This document shows, in pieces, positions 41,536 through 50,953 of a stretch of 64,000 bases of DNA. The stretch's first letter is position 1; each line of letters starts with the position of its first letter. The DNA comes from Gemmatimonadales bacterium (GTDB lineage Bacteria; Gemmatimonadota; Gemmatimonadetes; Gemmatimonadales; GWC2-71-9). The stretch lies in contig JBDIWC010000004.1 in the NCBI GenBank assembly GCA_039794085.1, forward strand, positions 1-64,000, given 5' to 3'. The notes beneath the pieces are model-generated. The model did not search any database, was not told the origin of the DNA, and worked only from the letters and a program-made list of their open reading frames with translations. The position numbers were made by a program, and so were the translations under genes.

Positions 41536-41850
41536 AGGACGTAGGACGCAGGACATAGGACATAGGACATAGGACATGGGACGCAGGACAGAGGTAGGAC
41601 AGAGAACCCAGGACGGAGCACATCGGGACTGGAGAACTGGGTGTTGGGGAATTCTGATGACCGTCATCCCGTGCGTCCACGGGTACCGTGAGCATGCACG
41701 CGGATTCCAACCGTCTCAGATCCCTCGGGCGTTGCCCTCGGGATGACGATGGTGCCAACTCTGTCCTCCGCTTTTAGGTCCTATGTCCTATGTCCTATGT
41801 CCTATAATGTCCTATGCCCTATTCTGTCTTATGTCCTCTGTCCTCTGCCC
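41536..41850. repeat. Inverted heptamer arrays (AGGACAT ... ATGTCCT) enclosing REP-like CGTCATCCCG...CGGGATGACG (41662-41748)
   Basis: Direct reading; lies between convergent lon and diguanylate cyclase. Confidence 0.88.
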
Positions 41851-41856
41851 TGTTCC

Positions 41857-43482
41857 CTACGCCTCGGCCCCCGCCGCCCCCGCCGCGATCACGCGGTTGC
41901 GACCGGCCTTCTTTCCGGCGGTCAGGGCACGCGTGGCCGCCTGGAGGAGGGTCACGGAAGTCTCGCCATCTCGGGGCCAGTGGGCCGTTCCGATCGTGAC
42001 ATGCAGGGGAAGGACCTGGCCGCCCGGGTGCATGAAGGGGGTGTTCTCGACCGCGGCCCGGATCTGTTCCGCCGCGATGGCCGATCCCACCTCGGTGCCG
42101 CGGTGCCAGATCACCACGAACTCTTCTCCGCCCACCCTCCCCATCACGTCGGAGGCGCGCACGCAGGTCCCGATCGTCCGGGTGACATGGGCGAGAACGG
42201 AGTTCCCGACCACGGGACCAAAGCGTTCATTGACACGCCGCAAATGATCGATGTCGAGGGTCGCGATCGACAGGGACTCCCGGTACCGCTTTGCGTGGGC
42301 GATGGCCCCCTCGAGTTCGGTCAGCAGGGCGTGCCGGTTGAGGAGGCCGGTGAGGTCGTCGCGATGGGCGAGGATCCGCGACTGGCGAGCCCGAAGGGCC
42401 CGGGACTGGACGATGCGCGCCAGGTTGTGGCGGTCCGTCGGGGGCAGGACCCCATCCATTCCCGCGGTCAACAGCGCCACCCGCTCGGTCTCCGAGCCGG
42501 TGAATCCGATGGTCAGGATGGGAAGGGACGAAAAGCAGTCGCCTGATCGCAGGGTCCGGGCGACCTTGATGTTCTCCTCCTGCCAGGCGCCGTTCGGTCC
42601 CCAGTCAGCGAGGATCAGGTCGGGACGATTGCGCTCGGCTTCCGAGGTAAGGGGGTCGGCGGCGGTGAAGGTTTCCACGTACATCCCGAGCTTCTGGATG
42701 GCATGCAGGGCCTGCTCCACGCGGTCCAGAGCCGGTGCCAGGAGGAAGGCGCCCATCGGGGAACCGTGAAGGCGAGCCGCCGTCAGGGCCCAGGCGGGCA
42801 GGGCGGTGGTCATGTCCTCGGGAGTGACAATCTGCTCGATCCCGAGGGCGCCCGCCCGGAGACGGGAGGTGCGGCCGGGACGATCCACGAGGAGGATTGC
42901 CGGCAGGGGCGACGGGGCCACGCGGCGCCAGGCGTCGACGAGGGACGCCGTGGTCACATCCGCGTCGTGGGCCACGTGGTCGGTCAGCAGGACCAGCAGG
43001 TCCGGGCGGGTCGACGCGGTGAAGGAGGTCACCGTGTCGCGAACGTCGACCGCGAATCCTTCCCGGGCCAGCAAATTCTCGGCCCGGTCACGGGTATCTC
43101 CCGCAGGGCCGTTCACCACCACACGCCAGGCGAAGGACGCAGTGGGGAGAGGGTCACCCGCACCCAGCGATGCCCCGGCCTCATCGAACGCGACCCCCAG
43201 TGTCCGGATGCCGTCCTCGATCCGGGAAATGTCGTCGGGCGTGGGATCGGGGCGCATGGCCAGCTCGAGAGTCTGACCGATCGCGGAGATGTCGGGAAAC
43301 CCGTAGGAGCCCCCGGAGCCGGCGAGCCGGTGAAACCGGGTCCGGAGCGAGAGCCAGGCGTCGGCTTCCCCCGCCCGCATGGCCGTCAGGTCCTTGCGCA
43401 ACTCCGCCAGGCGGATCGGGGCCTCGGCCAGATAGTCCCGCTGCAGTTCACGCAGGAAGTCGTGTGGAGGCTCGCAGGTCAC
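41857..43482 (-). CDS. Diguanylate cyclase with N-terminal Hpt and two degenerate receiver-like domains
   Basis: FHRLAGSGGSYG (Hpt); DDLTGLLNR; RASD I-site; GGEEF. Confidence 0.87.
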   Translation of the reverse strand: MTCEPPHDFLRELQRDYLAEAPIRLAELRKDLTAMRAGEADAWLSLRTRFHRLAGSGGSYGFPDISAIGQTLELAMRPDPTPDDISRIEDGIRTLGVAFDEAGASLGAGDPLPTASFAWRVVVNGPAGDTRDRAENLLAREGFAVDVRDTVTSFTASTRPDLLVLLTDHVAHDADVTTASLVDAWRRVAPSPLPAILLVDRPGRTSRLRAGALGIEQIVTPEDMTTALPAWALTAARLHGSPMGAFLLAPALDRVEQALHAIQKLGMYVETFTAADPLTSEAERNRPDLILADWGPNGAWQEENIKVARTLRSGDCFSSLPILTIGFTGSETERVALLTAGMDGVLPPTDRHNLARIVQSRALRARQSRILAHRDDLTGLLNRHALLTELEGAIAHAKRYRESLSIATLDIDHLRRVNERFGPVVGNSVLAHVTRTIGTCVRASDVMGRVGGEEFVVIWHRGTEVGSAIAAEQIRAAVENTPFMHPGGQVLPLHVTIGTAHWPRDGETSVTLLQAATRALTAGKKAGRNRVIAAGAAGAEA

Positions 43483-43493
43483 GGCGGCACGCC

Positions 43494-44165
43494 TCAGGGG
43501 ATCAAGGCGGAGGTCGCGGCCACCAGGGTCGGAGCCGTTCCCCAATGTCCGCTCACCACCTCACCCGTCCGAGACGCCAGGAGGGCTATTCGACGGTCGA
43601 TGACCGCGAGGACCGGCTCCCCGGGCCAGGCCGGAGGAGGCGGTGTCACCGACACGGTGGCCACGTCGAGAGCGACGGCCCGGAGGGCGCACAGTCGCAA
43701 GGTGACACCGCCCGCGGCGGCCTTTCGCAGCGAGGGACCGAGGAGGGGCCACGCCTCGGCGGGGAGAAACAGGGCCACCATCTCCTGTGCCCGGGCAATG
43801 TCGTGGGCGAGCAACTGGATGGCGCCGCGGCCCGAGTGGATCTCGACCAAGGCCTCTCCGGGAGGGAGGGCGACGGAGTCGAGCGAGTGCCGGAGCCGGT
43901 CGATGTCGCGGGCCTGGTGGTCGAGAATCCGGGCCAGGAGGGCCTCGGGAGGTTCCGGCCGGAACCGGCGGGGTTTTTCGCCGGGCCGGACCCGGGCTCC
44001 ACCCTTCGCGACCAGCCCCTCCAGCGCGGCGTAGGCGTTGGCCCGGGCCAATCCGGCCGCCCGGGCGATGCCATACCCTGTCCCGGGTCCCTCCCGCAGA
44101 AGCACCTGGTACACCAGGCTTTCGGTGGGTGTGAAGCCGAACGGGGTGAGGTCGAGGGTCGTCAC
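43494..44165 (-). CDS. TrmB-family transcriptional regulator
   Basis: FGFTPTESLVY..TGYGIARAAGLARANAYAALEGL winged HTH. Confidence 0.82.
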   Translation of the reverse strand: MTTLDLTPFGFTPTESLVYQVLLREGPGTGYGIARAAGLARANAYAALEGLVAKGGARVRPGEKPRRFRPEPPEALLARILDHQARDIDRLRHSLDSVALPPGEALVEIHSGRGAIQLLAHDIARAQEMVALFLPAEAWPLLGPSLRKAAAGGVTLRLCALRAVALDVATVSVTPPPPAWPGEPVLAVIDRRIALLASRTGEVVSGHWGTAPTLVAATSALIP

Positions 44166-44202
44166 CGCGCTCGGCCCGACGCGGAGGACCGCGGAGTGGG
44201 TA

Positions 44203-45375
44203 TCAAGTGAACGTAAGATCCCATCCAGCCATCTTCGCCACGAGGGCAAGGCGGAAGGTCGTCTCCACGTACCGGGCGTCACCGGATTTGGCGTCGTCCT
44301 GGAGGCCCCAACTGTGGTATGCCGCGGGATGAACGCTCTTCTTGATCGTCGGCATCCGCTTGGGACGCCACACCCCGAGGGCGTCGCATTCCGAGAGAAG
44401 CCGACCCATGACCCGGACCCCCAGGGGGGAGTGGACCAGGGCGCCGATCCGCGCGAGTTGTTCCAGGGCATGCAGGGCGAGCGGCAGATCCTTGGGGTGT
44501 CCATGGCTGTCGGCCTCGATCGGGTTGCCCAGAAGGAGGTAGTCTCCCTTGATTTTCTTCCGTCCGACCTGCACTGAGAAGGTCCGCTTGCTGGCGGCCG
44601 TTCCCAGGTACTGCGCCAGTCGCTCGGTAAAGCCGGCCCGTTCCCGCCGGAGGTTGGGCATCGCGGCAATCATCGCGACCAGATACCAGGTGGGTGGATA
44701 GGCGTCGGGATGCAGAAGCGTCGCCCCTCCCGACCGGATGTAGGGGTTGTCGGCCAGGGGGCTCCGCATGAAGTCCGACACAGCGGTGGCGATCTTGTGG
44801 GCCGCTCCCCGCACCCGGGGATCCTCCACATACCCCGCCTCCGCGAGGGCCGCCGTGGCCGCAATGCGCTCATGGGCCCGGGCCCAATCCGTGGTGTCGA
44901 TATCGGTGGCGATCTTGGCGTACTCGAAGAGGAGCTCCGGGCTGTTGTCGCGGGAGAGAAGCCGGAACAGGATCCGGTCCGCCAGCTTGAAGGGCCGGCT
45001 GTTTCGAGGGTAGCCGAGTTCGAGCAGCCTCCGGTACTGGGGAATGGTCCCCACGTCGCGGATTCCGCTCCGGGCGGCGGGAGTGACGCCGAGGAGATTG
45101 CCACCCCAGACGCCATTGTCTCCCTGCTTCGAGACGATTCCCCGAGCCACCTCGCTCTCGACCACGGCCGCCATGGCCTGCTCGACGAGGGGTGGCTCGG
45201 CAAACCCCTCGGGCGCGAGATCCCGGAGGACGCGGGCGCGGATGGGCGCACTCCCATGCTTAAGGAGCCATGTGAGCGGGACGGTGTGCTGGCTCGGAAG
45301 CTCCAGGAAGACCTCCTGGTGACTCGGACGATAAATGGTGAAACGCTTGCCAAGATACAACTTACCGGCGAACAA
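44203..45375 (-). CDS. Hypothetical protein, possibly prenyltransferase-like alpha/alpha barrel (start uncertain)
   Basis: WLL..PIR, Q.DNGVWGG motif; strong codon bias. Confidence 0.7.
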   Translation of the reverse strand: MFAGKLYLGKRFTIYRPSHQEVFLELPSQHTVPLTWLLKHGSAPIRARVLRDLAPEGFAEPPLVEQAMAAVVESEVARGIVSKQGDNGVWGGNLLGVTPAARSGIRDVGTIPQYRRLLELGYPRNSRPFKLADRILFRLLSRDNSPELLFEYAKIATDIDTTDWARAHERIAATAALAEAGYVEDPRVRGAAHKIATAVSDFMRSPLADNPYIRSGGATLLHPDAYPPTWYLVAMIAAMPNLRRERAGFTERLAQYLGTAASKRTFSVQVGRKKIKGDYLLLGNPIEADSHGHPKDLPLALHALEQLARIGALVHSPLGVRVMGRLLSECDALGVWRPKRMPTIKKSVHPAAYHSWGLQDDAKSGDARYVETTFRLALVAKMAGWDLTFT

Positions 45376-45453
45376 GGCCAGTCACCTGTCAAAGAAGTGG
45401 CCACATTCCCCCCGGAATGGCCCCGCCAGAGTCTTCCCGGAGACATTGGAGTT

Positions 45454-46368
45454 CTAATGTGAAACGTTTTCGCCGTGACACCATCCCGTCCTCAGGAAGG
45501 GAATGACGCTGTCCAAGAAAAGGTCCGGGCGTTCGACATGAGGTCGATGCAAGGCCCCGGGGAGGGTGATCAGGGTGGAACACCGGGCCCAGGAGCGGAA
45601 GGTAGCAGAGGTGGCAGCCGGGATGACGGGATCGAATTCTCCCCAGACCAGGAGCGTTGGTTGGGTGATCGGTTCCGTCGTGCGGAGGGAGAGAAAATCA
45701 AAGTCCCGGAGAACCGAGGCTGCGGAGGCTCGGTATCCGGGATCCAGGGTGGGGTCGTAGCGCGCCATGGCCGGGGGTTCCCCCATCCAGTCGGGGTCAT
45801 GGATCGGCAGGATGAAGGCTCGGGCGGCCTGATACCATCCCAGGGTGCGGGCCTTCCGATCGGACATGCTGTCGATCAGTCCGCCCAGCCCGACCGCGAA
45901 CCCCGCCGGGGCGATCAGGACCGCAGCCACGATTCGGTCCGGACTCCGGATGGCCAGGGCGGCGGCGATCTCTCCGCCCATGGAGTGGCCGATGACGATC
46001 ACCGGTCCCCGGGGGATGGCTCGGTCGAGGACCTGCCTCATCCAGGTCGTCATGCGCGCCAGGGAATAGGGCCCGCCGGGCTTGTCGCTCGCCCCGAATC
46101 CGGGCAGGTCGACGGCCACCACGCGATAGTGCCGCGCCAGGGGGTCCACGACGGCGCGCCAGGTGAGGAGGCTCTCGCCGTACCCATGAAGGAGGAGAAG
46201 CGTCGTGTCTCCCTTTCCGGCCATGAGTGCGCGGACCACGAGGGAATCCAGCGGCAAAGCGATGGCGTGATGCGGTGGAGGCGGCCGTCCCCCGGGTCCG
46301 CCGCCGTGCCAGAGAGATGCGAGGGTCAGCACGGCTGCCACGCCCGCCCCCACGCGCCGGCGGCTCAT
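45454..46368 (-). CDS. Alpha/beta fold hydrolase
   Basis: LLHGY, DLPGFGAS, GHSMGG, WGEFD, H.PHVE. Confidence 0.9.
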   Translation of the reverse strand: MSRRRVGAGVAAVLTLASLWHGGGPGGRPPPPHHAIALPLDSLVVRALMAGKGDTTLLLLHGYGESLLTWRAVVDPLARHYRVVAVDLPGFGASDKPGGPYSLARMTTWMRQVLDRAIPRGPVIVIGHSMGGEIAAALAIRSPDRIVAAVLIAPAGFAVGLGGLIDSMSDRKARTLGWYQAARAFILPIHDPDWMGEPPAMARYDPTLDPGYRASAASVLRDFDFLSLRTTEPITQPTLLVWGEFDPVIPAATSATFRSWARCSTLITLPGALHRPHVERPDLFLDSVIPFLRTGWCHGENVSH

Positions 46369-48107
46369 CCGTCGTCCGGCAGGCCGAAGACGGTCAGGAC
46401 TCCTCCGCGGGTGGTGACCGACGCGGGAGAGCGGGGCAGGGTCCTGGTGCCATACAGATCGGGTCCTCCGGTTCGAAACGGAGCCCCCATCCACCCTCCC
46501 ACGCCCGCCACAATGGCGATGCGATCGTGCCCGTCCGGCGTGCGGAACGCGATGGGGTTGCCGATCACACCGGAGGGGAGCTGATGGGAGTACAGCTCGC
46601 GTCCGGTCTCGAGGTCGACCACCCGGAACCATCCGTCGAGCGTGCCGTACATGGCGAGTCCGGTCCGGGTGACGAGGACACCCCCGAGCACCGGCCACGG
46701 TTCCCGGATCTCCCAGGTCACGATGGCCCGCGCGGCGTCCCAGGCGATGATCCGTCCGAGGTTGTTTCCCGGTCCCGGAACCAGGCTCACAATTGTTCCT
46801 GTGGCAGGGGCGCCCGGCGGGACGCGAGTGGAATCGGGGCGGGTCGTCATGCAGAGGTTGGCGAGGGGAACGATGATGAGGCTGGTGCCGGGGACGGCCG
46901 CACCCGGTCCTCCGGTGCGGATGCCAATCGGGGCCGGGCACACGGGCTGCCCGGCGGGAGGGGCCGCAGGCACGGGACGTGCCGTGGCGCGATCGACGTG
47001 GGAGGCCCAGTTCACGGGACCGTACCGCTCCACCAGGAGGACACGACCGGTGACGCGGTCGAGGGTGTACGCGAATCCGTTGGGGTCGAGGTGGACCAGG
47101 GCTCGGGACGGTGTGCCCCCCACCGGAAAATCGAGGAGAATGTTTTCCGTGGCCGCCCCGAAACCGAGGGTGTCATTCGGAGTGGTCTGGAGCGCCCACC
47201 GGGTTCGTCCGGTCCGGCGGTCCCGGGCGATGATGCTCGAGGTCCACTTGGCGTCTCCGGCTCGGCGCGAAGACCGCCAGGGAATTGGTGCTGCCGTTCC
47301 ATGGTAGATGAGGTCGGTGACCGGATCCCACGACAGGGGCCCGGATACGGCGCCTCCGCCGGTGCGCCAGGTCATTCCGGGCCAGGTGGTGAGTCCGAGT
47401 TCGCGTCCCTGATGGGACGGATAGACCGGGTGCCCTGGAACCGACAGGAGGACCTCGGCGTCGGGACCGGTGCTTTCCGCGCGCCACCGGAGGGCACCGG
47501 TCCGGGCGTCGAGAGCCACGAGGGCTCCTCGGACGGCGAATTCCGGGCTTCCGAGTCCCACGAGGACGAGGCTGTCGGCCACGAGCGGGGTGCCGTTGAT
47601 CGTCCGTCCTGCGGCACCGTCTCCGACCGCCACCCTCCACCGTTCCTGCCCGGTTCGAAGGTCCAGCGCCGCGACCTGACCGGGAAGCAGGGGAACGATG
47701 ACAAGTCCGGCTGGATGGATGGCGGGCCCTGGACCAGCCCCCTCGCAGCAGGCGATGGCCGGCCTCGTCCGGGGAATCGGCATCTTCCACTGCCAGCCGA
47801 TGGTGCCCCCCGGGCGATTGAGATCAAGGGCGTAGACCGTCCCTGGCCAGGGTGTCTGCAGGACCAGGAGACTGTCGGCCACCACCGGCTGTCCGCCATG
47901 CGCTCCCCTGCTTCCCGTGGAGAAGGTCCAGAGGGGCCGGAGATCGGCCGCGTTCTCCCGGGTGATGCTGGTGATCGACGCGATGCGGGTGGCCGACGGA
48001 TCCGGGAGGGAGGACCGGGGGGGGCGCGCGCCCTGGGCTTCAAGGGCGGGGGGTGGTCCGGGCCATGCCAGGACCACCGTCACGATGGGGATCAGAGTCC
48101 TTCTCAT
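46365..48107 (-). CDS. PQQ-dependent methanol/ethanol dehydrogenase-family protein with degenerate active site
   Basis: Signal peptide; WTFSTG, ACC, EFAVRG, GTLDGW, GVIGNP, GVGGW. Confidence 0.85.
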   Translation of the reverse strand: MRRTLIPIVTVVLAWPGPPPALEAQGARPPRSSLPDPSATRIASITSITRENAADLRPLWTFSTGSRGAHGGQPVVADSLLVLQTPWPGTVYALDLNRPGGTIGWQWKMPIPRTRPAIACCEGAGPGPAIHPAGLVIVPLLPGQVAALDLRTGQERWRVAVGDGAAGRTINGTPLVADSLVLVGLGSPEFAVRGALVALDARTGALRWRAESTGPDAEVLLSVPGHPVYPSHQGRELGLTTWPGMTWRTGGGAVSGPLSWDPVTDLIYHGTAAPIPWRSSRRAGDAKWTSSIIARDRRTGRTRWALQTTPNDTLGFGAATENILLDFPVGGTPSRALVHLDPNGFAYTLDRVTGRVLLVERYGPVNWASHVDRATARPVPAAPPAGQPVCPAPIGIRTGGPGAAVPGTSLIIVPLANLCMTTRPDSTRVPPGAPATGTIVSLVPGPGNNLGRIIAWDAARAIVTWEIREPWPVLGGVLVTRTGLAMYGTLDGWFRVVDLETGRELYSHQLPSGVIGNPIAFRTPDGHDRIAIVAGVGGWMGAPFRTGGPDLYGTRTLPRSPASVTTRGGVLTVFGLPDDG

Positions 48108-48212
48108 CGCTGGAACATGTCGGTTTGTCCCGGGGCTCTCAAGGGTGGGACCGTGGCATCCGGCGTGGTCGGAGGTTACGATTGGACCATTCCCTTCCTC
48201 GGAGAGCGACGG

Positions 48213-48440
48213 ATGAACGTCACCATTCAGTATTGCGTGGTTTGAAACTATGAACCCCGAGCCACCGGTCTGGTGGCTGAGATTGCCGAAGAGTGGCCCG
48301 AGGCCACGGTCCGGTTGGTGCCGGCATCCGGTGGAGTCTTCGAGGTGACGGTGGACGGTACCCTGGTGTTCTCGAAGAAGGCCCTGGGCCGCCATGCAGA
48401 CCCCGGCGAGGTGGTGAAGGCCATGCGCGCATGCGCATAG
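48213..48440 (+). CDS. Rdx-family (SelW/SelT/SelH-like) selenoprotein, CxxU, with in-frame UGA at 48243
   Basis: MNVTIQYCVV-U-NYEPRA...GGVFEVTVDGTLVFSKK; frame continues to TAG overlapping the pfkA start. Confidence 0.92.
48260..48278 (+). promoter_or_regulatory. Bacterial SECIS element
   Basis: AGCCACC-GGTCT-GGTGGCT hairpin 15 nt after the UGA, with G-led loop. Confidence 0.8.
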
Positions 48441-49573
48441 CAATCAGCACCGGCGGGGGCGACGCTCCGGGCCTGAACGCGGTCATCCGCGCCGTGGTGC
48501 TGTCCGCCCTGGGGCGCGGGTGGACCTCGTTCGGGATTCTGCGGGGGTATGAGAGCCTGATCGCCCGGGGGCTTGAAGACGGCACGGCCCACCTGCCGCT
48601 GTCGGGCGAGCGTCGGCGGGTGGCGCATGCCCACGGCCTGGTTCCTCTGGGAGAGGATGAGGTCGCCGGGATCACCCACCTGGGCGGCACGATTCTCGGG
48701 ACGACCAACCGGGGCAATCCCTTCCGGTATCCCGTGCGGTCGCCGGATGGAAGCGTGAGTGAGGCGGACCGATCGGACGAGCTGGTGGACGCCTTCCGGC
48801 GGGCACGACTCGACGCCCTGGTCTCCATCGGCGGGGATGGAAGTCTCCAGATCGCGCACCAGTTGTTTCAGATGGGTCTTCCGGTCGTGGGCGTGCCCAA
48901 GACGATCGACAACGACGTGGAGGGTACCGAGGCGACCTTCGGCTTCGACACCGCGGTGAGCACCGCCACCGATGCCATCGACAAGCTCCACTCCACCGCG
49001 GCGAGCCACGACCGGGTGATGGTTGTGGAACTCATGGGACGCAATGCCGGCTGGATCGCCCTGCACAGCGGGGTGTCGGGCAGTGCCGATGTGATCCTGA
49101 TCCCCGAGATCCCCTTCGACATCGATGCGGTCTGTGCCAAGGTTCTCCATCGCGAGGCCCGGGGGCGCCGGTTTTCGATCGTCGTGGTGGCCGAAGGCGC
49201 GCGACCGATCGGGGGTGAGCCGAGCCTGATCGCGGGGGCGGGGGCGGGGAGTGTGGAACGGTTGGGCGGGGTCGGAGCGGCGGTGGCGAGGCAGATCGAG
49301 GAGCGAACCGGCAAGGAAACCCGGAGCCTCGTTCTCGGTCACCTTCAGCGCGGGGGGTCCCCGACCACCTTCGACCGGTTGCTCGGACTCCGGTTCGGAT
49401 CGGCCGCCGTGCGCGCCATCGCCGATGGGGATTTCGGCTCGGTCGTGGTGTATCGCCCGCCGGTGGTGACCCGGGTGCCGCTTGCGGAGGTGATCGGCCG
49501 GACCAAGCTCGTCCCCCTGGACAGTGGAATCATCATGACGGCTCGCAGTCTGGGGATCAGTTTTGGCGACTGA
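48431..49573 (+). CDS. pfkA: 6-phosphofructokinase
   Basis: GGGDAPGLN, GGDGS, PKTIDND, ELMGR, LGHLQRGG. Confidence 0.95.
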   Translation: MRIAISTGGGDAPGLNAVIRAVVLSALGRGWTSFGILRGYESLIARGLEDGTAHLPLSGERRRVAHAHGLVPLGEDEVAGITHLGGTILGTTNRGNPFRYPVRSPDGSVSEADRSDELVDAFRRARLDALVSIGGDGSLQIAHQLFQMGLPVVGVPKTIDNDVEGTEATFGFDTAVSTATDAIDKLHSTAASHDRVMVVELMGRNAGWIALHSGVSGSADVILIPEIPFDIDAVCAKVLHREARGRRFSIVVVAEGARPIGGEPSLIAGAGAGSVERLGGVGAAVARQIEERTGKETRSLVLGHLQRGGSPTTFDRLLGLRFGSAAVRAIADGDFGSVVVYRPPVVTRVPLAEVIGRTKLVPLDSGIIMTARSLGISFGD

Positions 49574-50174
49574 CTCCCTGCGCGCGGCCAAGGGGAGTCT
49601 CCGCGCCGAGCTCCTGGCCCGTCGAAGCACGGAGACCGACCGTGAGGGAAAATCCGCCGCCATCGTCGCGTCGGTTTCCCGGGGGCCCGCCTTCGTCTCC
49701 GCGCGCACCGTCTTCACCTATGTCGGTGTGGGGTCCGAAGTGGACACGATCCCGCTGGTTGTGGAGGCTCTGAGACTGGGGAAGAGCGTGGCGGTCCCGG
49801 TGGTGGAGGACGCGCGCCTCGGGTGGTTCACCGTGGAGGATCTGCGCGACCTCGTCCCCGGTCGCTTCGGGTTGCTGGAACCCCTGGGTGGGGTCATCCC
49901 CCCGGGGCGCCGGGCGCAGGTGCGGGATGCCGAGCTGCTCGTGATTCCCGGGGTGGGATTCGACCGCCGAGGGGGAAGGTTAGGGTATGGCCGGGGATAT
50001 TACGACCGGGTGCTGGCGGCGCATCCCTCGATCCCCCAGGTCGCGACAGGTTTCTGCTGCCAGGTCGTTCCGGAGGTTCCCATGGGGCCGGGAGACGTGC
50101 GGATCAGGGCTCTGCAGACGGAGGCCTGGTTCTGGCAGGATGGGGAGGAGGACGGGACGAGCGGAAAGCCCTGA
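49563..50174 (+). CDS. 5-formyltetrahydrofolate cyclo-ligase
   Basis: SEVDT, PGVGFDRRGGRLGYGRGYYDR. Confidence 0.92.
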   Translation: MATDSLRAAKGSLRAELLARRSTETDREGKSAAIVASVSRGPAFVSARTVFTYVGVGSEVDTIPLVVEALRLGKSVAVPVVEDARLGWFTVEDLRDLVPGRFGLLEPLGGVIPPGRRAQVRDAELLVIPGVGFDRRGGRLGYGRGYYDRVLAAHPSIPQVATGFCCQVVPEVPMGPGDVRIRALQTEAWFWQDGEEDGTSGKP

Positions 50175-50211
50175 ACACCTGACGGACAGCCCCGGCCCCC
50201 GATCGGGTGGC

Positions 50212-50721
50212 CTACGCGGGATCGCCCTCCCCGATCGTCATCCGAAAACTCGCCGACTGCCCCACATTCTCCTCGACGTCCACCTCCACGGCCTGAAGCC
50301 GGTGGTATCCCGCCTCTCCCAGTTCCCGATGGACCAGTCTCGCAAAATGCTCGGCCAGCATCTCGGCGGTGGTGTTGGAGACGGGGAGTAGCGCACAGTC
50401 GGTCCGCGGAAACATGTAGCGGTGCCGGCCAAGATACTCGACGGTGAGCATCTCCCCCTCTTCCCGCAGAATCAGCTTCCCGTTCTCCGTGGGGAGAAGC
50501 ACCCGGTGGTCGATGGCGTCGACATGGGGCTTGAGAATCCGCTTCAGGACGGCAAAGTCGACCACGAATGCGCACTCAGGGTCCACGCCACCGGTGACCG
50601 TTACCCCAACCCGATAGTTGTGACCATGCAACGCCTCGCAGGTATGCCCCCGGAGCGTGATGAAGTGCGCCGACGAGAATCCGAGATAGTCCTTGCTGAC
50701 CGTGACCGCGAATCGCTCCAC
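50212..50721 (-). CDS. queD: 6-carboxytetrahydropterin synthase (PTPS/QueD family)
   Basis: FSSAHF, CEALHGHNY, VDF..LK, TTAEMLA. Confidence 0.85.
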   Translation of the reverse strand: MERFAVTVSKDYLGFSSAHFITLRGHTCEALHGHNYRVGVTVTGGVDPECAFVVDFAVLKRILKPHVDAIDHRVLLPTENGKLILREEGEMLTVEYLGRHRYMFPRTDCALLPVSNTTAEMLAEHFARLVHRELGEAGYHRLQAVEVDVEENVGQSASFRMTIGEGDPA

Positions 50722-50897
50722 ACCAGACTCCCGACGTGGTGGTTCGGAATACCCTGAAGGGGTATGACCGAAGGGGGAAACCGGGGGGAGAATATAGACG
50801 GAGTGAGGACAGAACGGGGTGAACCGTCCACTCCAGAGGACAGTGCCTCGGTGGGGACTGACAGGCCAAGTGGTTGTGGCAAAATCGTTTATATGTA

Positions 50898-50912
50898 TGG
50901 CACAGAGATCGC
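50898..50912 (+). promoter_or_regulatory. Sigma54-like promoter
   Basis: TGGCAC-AGAGA-TCGC; IHF-core-like CAAGTGGTTG at 50867-50876. Confidence 0.62.
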
Positions 50913-50953
50913 CTTGGGTCGTGGTGGAGGCCACTGATACCAAGGAGCAAACC

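Noticed and set aside
46365..48107. Evidence for methylotrophy (functional xoxF/mxaF)
   Set aside because: Catalytic and metal-binding residues appear substituted and partner genes are absent.
48243..48245. Pseudogene caused by a premature TGA
   Set aside because: The TGA falls exactly at the CxxU position and is followed by a SECIS-like hairpin.
49500..49570. 6S RNA upstream of the 5-formyl-THF cyclo-ligase
   Set aside because: The gene overlaps pfkA, leaving no intergenic space.
50741..50772. Hairpin upstream of queD as a preQ1 riboswitch
   Set aside because: No preQ1 loop consensus or A-rich 3' tail on the coding strand.
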